A stretch of 64,000 nucleotides of DNA from Macrostomum lignano (taxonomy: Eukaryota): assembly GCA_002269645.1 (NCBI GenBank), contig NIVC01001206.1:271704-335703 (forward strand). Reading direction: 5' to 3'. This document shows, one piece after another, positions 56,001-64,000 of this stretch (its first letter is position 1; every line of letters begins with the position of its first letter). Position numbers and translations under genes: made by a program. The notes beneath the pieces are model-generated. The model was not told the origin of the DNA, searched no databases, and saw nothing but the letters and a program-made list of their open reading frames with translations.

Positions 56001-59000
56001 GATGACCTGCTTGTTTGAGAATGATGACCTGCTTGTTGAGAATGATGACCTGCTTTTAAGAATGATGACCCGCTTGTTTGAGAATGATGACCCGCTTGTT
56101 TGAGAATGATGACCTGCTTGTTTGAGAATGATGGCCTGCTTGTTTGAGAATGATGACCTGCTTGTTTGAGAATGATGACCTGCTTGTTTGAGAATGATGA
56201 CCTGCTTGTTTGAGAATGATGACCCGCTTGTTTGAGAATGATGACCTGCTTGTTTGAGAATGATGCCTGCTTGTTTGAGAATGATGCCTGCTTGTTTGAG
56301 AATGATGACCTGCTTGTTTGAGAATGATGACCTGCTTGTTTGAGAATGATGACCTGCTTGTTTGAGAATGATGACCTGCTTGTTTGAGAATGATGACCTG
56401 CTTGTTTGAGAATGATGACCTGCTTGTTTGAGAATGATGACCTGCTTGTTTGAGAATGATGACCTGCTTGTTTAGAATGATGACCTGCTTGTTTGAGAAT
56501 GATGACCTGCTTGTTTGAGAATGATGACCTGCTTGTTTGAGAATGATGACCTGCTTGTTTGAGAATGATGACCTGCTTGTTTGAGAATGATGACCTGCTT
56601 GTTTGAGAATGATGCCTGCTTGTTTGAGAATGATGACCTGCTTGTTTGAGAATGATGACCTGCTTGTTTGAGAATGATGACCTGCTTGTTTGAGAATGAT
56701 GACCTGCTTGTTTGAGAATGATGACCTGCTTGTTTGAGAATGATGACCTGCTTGTTTGAGAATGATGACCTGCTTGTTTGAGAATGATGACCTGCTTGTT
56801 TGAGAATGATGACCTGCTTGTTTGAGAATGATGACCTGCTTGTTTGAGAATGATGACCCGCTTGTTTAAGAACGATGACCTGCTTGTTAAAGAATGATGA
56901 CCCGCTTGTTTAAGAATGATGACCCGCTTGCTTGAGAATGATGGCCTGCTTGTTTGAGAATGATGACCTGCTTGTTTGAGAATGATGACCTGCTTGTTTG
57001 AGAATGATGACCCGCTTGTTTGAGAATGATGACCCGCTTGTTTGAGAACAATGACCTGCTTGTTAAAGAATGATGACCCGCTTGCTTGAGAATGATGACC
57101 TGCTTGTTAAAGAATGATGACCCGCTTGTTTAAGAATGATGACCCGCTTGTTTAAGAACGATGACCTGCTTGTTAAATGATGACCGCTTGTTTAAGAATG
57201 ATGACCCGCTTGTTTAAGAATGATGACCCGCTTGTTTAAGAATGATGCCCGCTTGTTTAAGAATGATGACCGCTTGTTTAAGAATGATGACGCTGTTGTT
57301 TGAGAATGATGACCGCTTGTTTAAGAATGATGACCCGCTTGTTGAGAATGATGACCGCTTGTTTGAGAATGATGACCTGCTTGTTTGAGAATGATGACCT
57401 GCTTGTTAAGAATGATGACCCGCTTGTTTGAGAATGATGACCTGCTTCTTAAAGAATGATGACCCGCTTGTTTGAGAATGATGACCCGCTTGTTTAAGAA
57501 TGATGGCCTGCTTGTTTGAGAATGATGGCCTGCTTGTTGAGAATGATGACCTGCTTGTTTGAGAATGATGACCTGCTTTTAAGAATGATGACCGCTTGTT
57601 TGAGAATGATGACCCGCTTGTTTGAGAATGATGCCTGCTTGTTTGAGAATGATGGCCTGCTTGTTTGAGAATGATGACCTGCTTTTTGAGAATGATGACC
57701 GCTTGTTTAAGAATGATGGCCTGCTTGTTTGAGAATGATGACCTGCTTGTTTGAGAATGATGACCTGCTTGTTTGAGAATGATGACCTGCTTGTTTGAGA
57801 ATGATGACCTGCTTGTTTGAGAATGATGCCTGCTTGTTTAAGAATGATGCCTGCTTGTTTGAGAATGATGACCTGCTTGTTTAAGAATGATGCCTGCTTG
57901 TTTGAGAATGATGACCTGCTTGTTTGAGAATGATGACCTGCTTGTTTGAGAATGATGACCTGCTTGTTTGAGAATGATGACCTGCTTGTTTGAGAATGAT
58001 GACCGCTGCTTGTTTGAGAATGATGACCTGCTTGTTTGAGAATGATGACCTGCTTGTTTGAGAATGATGACCTGCTTGTTTGAGAATGATGACCTGCTGC
58101 TTGTTTAAGAATGATGGCCTGCTTGTTTGAGAATGATGACCCGCTTGTTTAAGAATGATGACCGCTTGTTTAAGAATGATGACCTGCTTGTTAAGAATGA
58201 TGACCGCTTGTTTAAGAATGATGACCCGCTTGTTGAGAATGATGCCTGCTTGTTGAGAATGATGACCTGCTTGTTTGAGAATGATGACCTGCTTGTTTGA
58301 GAATGATGACCCGCTTGTTTGAGAATGATGACCTGCTTGTTAAAGAATGATGACCGCTTGTTTGAGAATGATGACTGCTTGTTAAAGAATGATGACCCGC
58401 TTGTTTGAGAATGATGACCTGCTTGTTAAAGAATGATGACCCGCTTGTTTGAGAATGATGACCTGCTTGTTAAAGAATGATGACCCGCTTGTTTAAGAAT
58501 GATGACCCGCTTGTTTAAGAACGATGACCTGCTTGTTTGAGAATGATGACCCGCTTGTTTGAGAATGATGACCTGCTTGTTTGAGAATGATGACCTGCTG
58601 CTTGTTTGAGAATGATGACTGTTGTTTGAGAATGATGACCTGCTTGTTTAAGAATGATGACCCGCTTGCTTGAGAATGATGACCTGCTTGTTTGAGAATG
58701 ATGGCCTGCTTGTTTGAGAATGATGACCTGCTTGTTTGAGAATAATGGCCTGCTTGCTTGAGAATGATGACCTGCTTGTTTGAGAATGATGACCCGCTTG
58801 TTTGAGAATGATGACCCGCTTGTTTAAGAATGATGGCCTGCTTGTTTGAGAATGATGACCTGCTTGTTTGAGAATGATGACCCGCTTGTTTAAGAATGAT
58901 GGCCTGCTTGTTTGAGAATGATGACCTGCTTGTTTAAGAATGATGGCCTGCTTGTTTGAGAATGATGACCTGCTTGTTTGAGAATGATGACCTGCTGCTT

Positions 59001-59956
59001 GTTTGAGAATGATGACCTGCTTGTTTGAGAATGATGGCCTGCTTGTTTGAGAATGATGACCTGCTTGTTTGAGAATGATGACCTGCTTGTTTGAGAATGG
59101 TGACCTGCTTGTTTGAGAATGATGACCTGCTTGTTTGAGAATGATGACCTGCTTGTTTGAGAATGATGACCTGCTTGTTTGAGAATGTGACCTGCTTGTT
59201 TGAGAATGATGACCTGCTTGTTTGAGAATGATGACCTGCTTGTTTGAGAATGATGCCTGCTTGTTTGAGAATGATGACCGCTTGTTTAAGAATGATGACC
59301 CGCTTGTTTGAGAATGATGACCTGCTTGTTTGAGAATGATGACCCGCTTGTTTGAGAATGATGACCTGCTTGTTAAAGAATGATGACCCGCTTGTTTAAG
59401 AATGATGACCCGCTTGTTTAGAATGATGACCCGCTTGTTTAAGAATGATGACCTGCTTGTTAAAGAATGATGACCGCTTGTTTGAGAATGATGACCCGCT
59501 TGTTTGAGAATGATGCCTGCTTGTTTGAGAATGATGACCTGCTTGTTTGAGAATGATGACCTGCTTGTTTAAGAATGATGACCTGCTTGTTTGAGAATGA
59601 TGACCTGCTTGTTTGAGAATGATGACCTGCTTGTTTGAGAATGGTGACCTGCTTGTTTGAGAATTATGACCTGCTTGTTTGAGAATGATGACCTGCTGCT
59701 TGTTTGAGAATGATGACCCGCTTGTTTAAGAATGATGACCTGCTTGTTTGAGAATGATGACCTGCTTGTTTGAGAATGATGACCTGCTTGTTTGAGAATG
59801 ATGACCTGCTTGTTTGAGAATGATGACCTGCTTGTTTGAAAATGATGACCCGCTTGTTTGAGAATGATGACCTGCTTGTTTGAGAATGATGACCTGCTTG
59901 TTTGAGAATGATGACCTGCTTGTTTGAGAATGATGACCTGCTTGTTTGAGAATGAT
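50067..59956. repeat. 22-bp satellite array, ~9.9 kb (~450 units)
   Basis: GAGAATGATGACCTGCTTGTTT with variants (AAC/AAT, CCC/CCT, TTAAG/TTGAG, GGCC). Confidence 0.98.
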
Positions 59957-60215
59957 CTGCTCGGCATCAGCCAACATGCAGGCAGTCGACGGTAGGGTGT
60001 CTGCAGCGTGAGCGGCAGCACTTGCGCCGGCTGCGGACAGTAGGATTCGACTGCCTGCTCGATGAGGATGATGTTACCTGCCAGCTGGAGTCGCCGACGG
60101 CGCAACAGTTCACTGGGACGGGACAGGCCGGTGCGGCGATAGAGGGCCGCGTTGGTGACTCACTCGTAGCCGATCTTGAAGGCGGCGCGCAGCAGGGCCA
60201 GCGTGGCCCCCATGG
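59957..60215 (-). mobile_element. RTE-clade non-LTR retrotransposon fragment (C-terminal part of RT ORF), decayed
   Basis: Minus frame ALLRAAFKIGYE*VTNAALYRRTGLSRPSELLRRRRLQLAGNII...ESYCPQP.QVL.LTLQTPYRR matches the RTE post-RT pattern (xVTNxxLYRRxGL...LLRxRRLxxAGH). Contains an internal stop and abuts the satellite. Confidence 0.72.
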
Positions 60216-61534
60216 CACTTTGGGCAGGTCCTATTCTCGTACATGTAAAGAGATCTTTGGTCTTGCAGTCCTCACTGTTTCGGAGTTTATGGTTTGCTAA
60301 TCTAAACTGTGACAGCGTGAACTTTAATTCTAGAGTTTGAAGCTGTAGTAAAATTGACTTCTTCTTTAGTAGTCGTCGTCTTGCTTAAGATCCTCTTCAT
60401 CATCCTTGCTCATGCAGAGCTTGAGGGGCTGAAGAACTGAGTAGTCAGAGTGCATAATCATCGAATTATTGTAGACCTTTTCCTCTTCTTGGTTCTGTAC
60501 CAACGAGGTTCGATTTCTAGATGCAACTACGCAAGTACTTGTCTTGTTAGGGGAAACACCAAAGTAGCAATACAATTAATGCAGAAATATTAGTTGAAGA
60601 TTTTTTAAGTCTCTTCTTTTCTAATCTAGGATTGTAAGATGGAACCTTGTGATGGTAATCAATTTTTAGGGACAAGTTTTGACTGTACGAGTATTGGATG
60701 GACTTTTTCTTATTAGCTGGTATGGATATGGAGTAGACAGACAGAACGAGCTCACATGCTGCAGGGTTATCTTCCTTAAAAGTACATTGACCAATTTTTA
60801 TGCTTTATGTGTCAGACTGAAGATAATTTTTCAACGAAAAAACTTGTTATTTGAATTTCCTTTCTATCTGGCTTCGGTCAAGATTTACACCAGGAAATGT
60901 GAAGGAAGGTCAGTACTAGTGTTACTCAACCTCGAATGTCTGTGGTGTCACATTTCCAATGCACCTCGGTACTTTGAAATTGGTCAAGGTACGTGTCAAA
61001 CTCTCTCTGCTTGATAGACTTTCATTGGTCACTTGCAACCATTGCCTCCCAAGCGCACTGGCACTACACTCTTACAACATGCTAAAGTTTCCACCATGAA
61101 ACCAGTGGTCAACTTTTCTCAGATTTCGGTCCCAAGTGACGCAATTCACATCCCGTCCGCGGATCGACTTTGGGTGATGCAACTTGCGTTACAAGCTTAG
61201 GCTGGTGAGGAGAGAGTGGAGAGTTATATGGCTAGGTTTAGATTAAAGCTGCCACTCTCTTACTTTAACAGGAACTTTAACATGCTGATGAGTGTGTTAT
61301 ATACACCAAGGTCCTACTATGGCTGCCACCTTTCTTTAAAAGTATCTTCTACGAGCGTAAGGTAGAGCCCTGTGGTGGAGGGTTACCTTAGGTAACCAAG
61401 CAAGTCACAAGGAGTCACTGATTAGTTTATTCGCGGGTTAAGGTCTATCAGTAAGCACACTTTCCGGGACTAAAGATTCCATGAGGAATGTGGACCCGCA
61501 GCCAGCAAGGAAGCAAGCAGTCATGCTCATTGCG

Positions 61535-61612
61535 TTAACCCCTGAGCACGCCTATGCACACGGTTACGTTCGCAGGCACAATCACACAAGGTGTACAGTG
61601 GACCTGAAGGAG
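61535..61612 (-). other. Diverged match to the central body of the tRNA-SINE
   Basis: CCCCTGAGCACGCCTAT..GCACACGGTTACGTTCGCAGGCACAATCACACAAGGTGTACAGTGGACCT aligns to SINE CCCCTGAGCAGGCATACAAGCGCGCGGATACGT.CGCAGGCACACACTCACACAGGAGTGTACAGCGGCCCT. Confidence 0.55.
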
Positions 61613-62444
61613 CGGCTCTTCATAAGCGAGAATCGCACAAGCACCAGGCAAATATTTCTTGCACAAGCCCCAAAATACGAGTACTTGGCCATATGTCTTA
61701 TAACACATGTTATATGTTATTTTCTTCATGTGTAGAGTTTTATTTTACTACTTACTGCATTGAAACAAGTAGTCTGTGTTGCATATGGTTGCATAATTTT
61801 CTTTTATTTTTTAGCACTTTTTGCAGCATGTGTGTCTACTTTGAATTTTACGTTTTAATTCCGGGCCGAACTTTATTCAATGCATTCTCCAATTTCCGAT
61901 GAAATCCCTATTTTATCCACTAGGAACCCAAGGAGGAGAACGATTGGGAAGTCTCGCGTTTCTAGTCGACTTGAAATCGATCAATATCAGCCCTAATTTC
62001 TCTCCATTCCAGTGCTTAATTTCTACGTCCACTTTCGTGAGTATCAAGACGTCACATCACGGGCCACGCAGTGTAGTCGCATTCTGTCTTTATTTAGACA
62101 GTCTCTTGCTCTCTCGTGTATCTTTCAAAATTAGTGTCGATCCAGTTTATCGCACGTGCAGTTAACGCTCGTTGTTCAATATCAAAAATGTGCACTTAAG
62201 TTTCTACGAGTATACAATGTGGAATAATTGGGTCTCTACTTTCTCCCTCAATGCCGGAAGACTCACTCAGCCTCACAATCAAACCACGATGAGGTGGCTC
62301 CTCAAGCCTATACTCGTAGTAGCTATGTGCGTGCCGCCCAAGGCATAGAGACTCCCAAAACGCACTTAGTAGTAGGGCGAATTATGATACTGCCGCACTA
62401 GCACTGGCGAGATAGGCGGCAATGCAAATGTATAGGGAAAAATA

Positions 62445-62945
62445 CACTGCGGAGATATGAGCCCTATCTCTGTGCATTGGGGACGGCTAAGCACTGCAGA
62501 GATATGAGCTCTATCTCTGTGCATTGGGGACGGCTAAGCACTGCAGAGATATGAGCTCTATCTCTGTGCATTGGGGACGGCTAAGCACTGCAGAGATATG
62601 AGCTCTATCTCTGTGCATTGGGGACGGCTAAGCACTGCAGAGATATGAGCTCTATCTCTGTGCATTGGGGACGGCTAAGCACTGCAGAGATATGAGCTCT
62701 ATCTCTGCTTAACACAGGAGTGATAGGAGAAGAGGCGGCCTATTTCTTTACACTGGAGATGGTTAACACTGCAGAGATAGGAGGAGAGGCGGCCTATCTT
62801 CTTTGCATTGGGGTGGTTAACACTGCAGAGATAGGAGGAGAGGCGGCCTATCTCTTTGCATTGGGGTGGTTAACACTGCAGAGATAGGAGGAGAGGCGGC
62901 CTATCTCTTTGCATTGGGGTGGTTAACACTGCAGAGATAAGATGT
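62445..62945. repeat. Two adjacent hairpin-forming tandem repeats (47-bp x ~5, then ~53-bp x ~4)
   Basis: CTGCAGAGATATGAGCTCTATCTCTGTGCATTGGGGACGGCTAAGCA, then CTGCAGAGATAGGAGGAGAGGCGGCCTATCTCTTTGCATTGGGGTGGTTAACA. Confidence 0.92.
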
Positions 62946-62977
62946 TAATCTATGTAATTGGGAGTGGATTTGCGAAA

Positions 62978-63040
62978 GAGCCAATCACAGAGCCCGGAGT
63001 GGGATGGGTGGTTTGGGGTGGTTCGGTCGAGGGTATATAA
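62978..63040 (+). promoter_or_regulatory. CCAAT box, G-rich boxes and TATA box upstream of the PC4-like ORF
   Basis: GAGCCAATCACA 62978-62989, GGGATGGGTGG/GGGGTGG, TATATAA 63034-63040, ATG at 63145. Confidence 0.6.
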
Positions 63041-63144
63041 GCCCGAAATTGACAAGAAAGAATTCTCAATTTTTCAAATCCAAAATTTCATCCGAAATTT
63101 TCCTCAGCTTTTAACTTTTGTGAGTTTTCAATTGCGAAAGGAAA

Positions 63145-63697
63145 ATGGACATCTGTGAAGGCTATAAGGCACAAGTCCAGGAGTTTGAAGGACAAAAATT
63201 TATCGCTATTCGCAAATTTTACCGACACGGCAGCACGGCAAGTCTGAAGCCAGGCGTCCCAGGATTCAACCTGAATGTTCACCAATGGAAGAAATTGAAG
63301 GAGGTGAAACGCTCACTTGTGATTTCTGCACGCAACAACGAGCCCAAGGTCGTGAAACTCGCTTCGATAAGTTTGTGGAAGTCAAAGGCGGCATCATTTG
63401 CTCAAACGGCTGCCGGAAGATTGCTGCGAGGAGTTTTTGAGACGAAACGCCGTACCACTGACTCCGCCGCTGTGGCAGAAGCTCTGGAAAATCGCCTCCT
63501 GGATCGACGGTCAGCTGGTGGCTCCCTTGAGGAACACAATGCAGTACGAGCTGGAGTCTGATGAGGAAGAGGAGGAAGAGGACAAGAAGCTCAAGTTGGA
63601 GGCTGACCAGGACACGAAGCCCATAATGGAGACTGATGAGGGCGGAGATCATGCTGATGAGAGGACGTTAGCTCGCCCACAAGGCCGCGCATTGTGA
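63145..63697 (+). pseudogene. Tandem PC4/Sub1-like ssDNA-binding domain protein with acidic C-tail; two apparent frameshifts (decay or assembly error)
   Basis: Domain 1 KAQVQEFEGQKFIAIRKFY...LKPGVPGFNLNVHQWKKLKE matches the PC4 pattern (V.V.xF.G...I.IRxxY...KPG..Gi.L...QW..LK). After frame switches near 63360 and 63400: FDKFVEVKGGII / LKRLPED...NAVPLTPPLWQKLWKIASWIDGQL, then ESDEEEEEEDKKLKLEADQD. Confidence 0.65.
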
Positions 63698-64000
63698 CTG
63701 AGCCAATCACATCCACACCGATACTTCGGTTGATTCTGATGCTGGACTGCTTCCGCAGCGGACACCAACCTTGAGGAAGATCCGGTGTGGTATCATTCAG
63801 GGCGCATGCGCGGCTTCGACGGTGAGCAGCAGCAGCAGGAAGCGAAAGCTGCATTTCAACTTCGTCGGCAGGACGCGATGAGGCTGCAGCCCAATGTTCG
63901 CTTTGATACTGAACAGCTAGAATGCTTTGAATGCATTGGACTAACTAAATTACTTTTAGCTTGCACATGATTATCAGCCTGACGGCAACTATGCTGTTTT

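Larger units (their letters stand above)
62368..64000 (+). mobile_element. Candidate left end of a Maverick/Polinton-like element
   Basis: Begins AGTAGTAG, then subterminal tandem hairpin repeats, a compact CCAAT/TATA promoter and intronless short ORFs including a tandem PC4-like gene. Hallmark genes (pPolB, integrase, capsid) are not in the window. Confidence 0.45.

Noticed and set aside
50067-59956. ATGATGA (snoRNA box C) in every satellite monomer, and SNKQVIILKQAGHHSQT ORFs
   Set aside because: No box D (CTGA) partner or terminal stem; the ORFs are satellite translations.
60300-61200. Possible second gag-like remnant (KQREFDTYLDQFQSTEVHWKC, minus) and TGTAACG LTR-like end near 61190
   Set aside because: The similarity is too short and stop-riddled to support, and no PBS or LTR pair could be established.
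62445-62945. CRISPR-like appearance of palindromic repeats (also the 42-bp array)
   Set aside because: The intervening sequences are identical rather than unique spacers, there are no cas genes, and the context is eukaryotic.

Overview
Eukaryotic (invertebrate metazoan) genomic DNA with GT-AG introns, GC-rich exons and minisatellite-packed introns. The style resembles the flatworm Macrostomum, but I cannot confirm the species. Host genes reconstructed by hand: a 2-exon 1-Cys peroxiredoxin (Prdx6-like, minus), an intronless 1808-aa all-ankyrin ORF (plus), a PIAS-family SUMO E3 ligase (PINIT, SP-RING, SIMs; minus; 5' end not found) and a 6-coding-exon pyruvate carboxylase (plus) whose visible N-terminus has no mitochondrial presequence. 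Mobile DNA is dense: three copies of a tRNA-derived SINE with TSDs, two CORE-type SINE copies, three non-autonomous Helitrons (two fused exactly head-to-tail, all ending CTTG), a hAT MITE with an 8-bp TSD, a decayed Tc1/mariner, other MITE/foldback structures, an LTR-PBS-gag remnant and an RTE-LINE fragment. There is also a ~9.9-kb 22-bp satellite with higher-order structure. The most interesting lead is the last ~1.6 kb: an AGTAGTAG start, structure-conserving hairpin tandem repeats, CCAAT/TATA promoter modules and a frameshifted tandem-PC4 ssDNA-binding-like gene with an acidic tail. This looks like the left end of a Maverick/Polinton-like element running off the window (inference; needs the downstream sequence).
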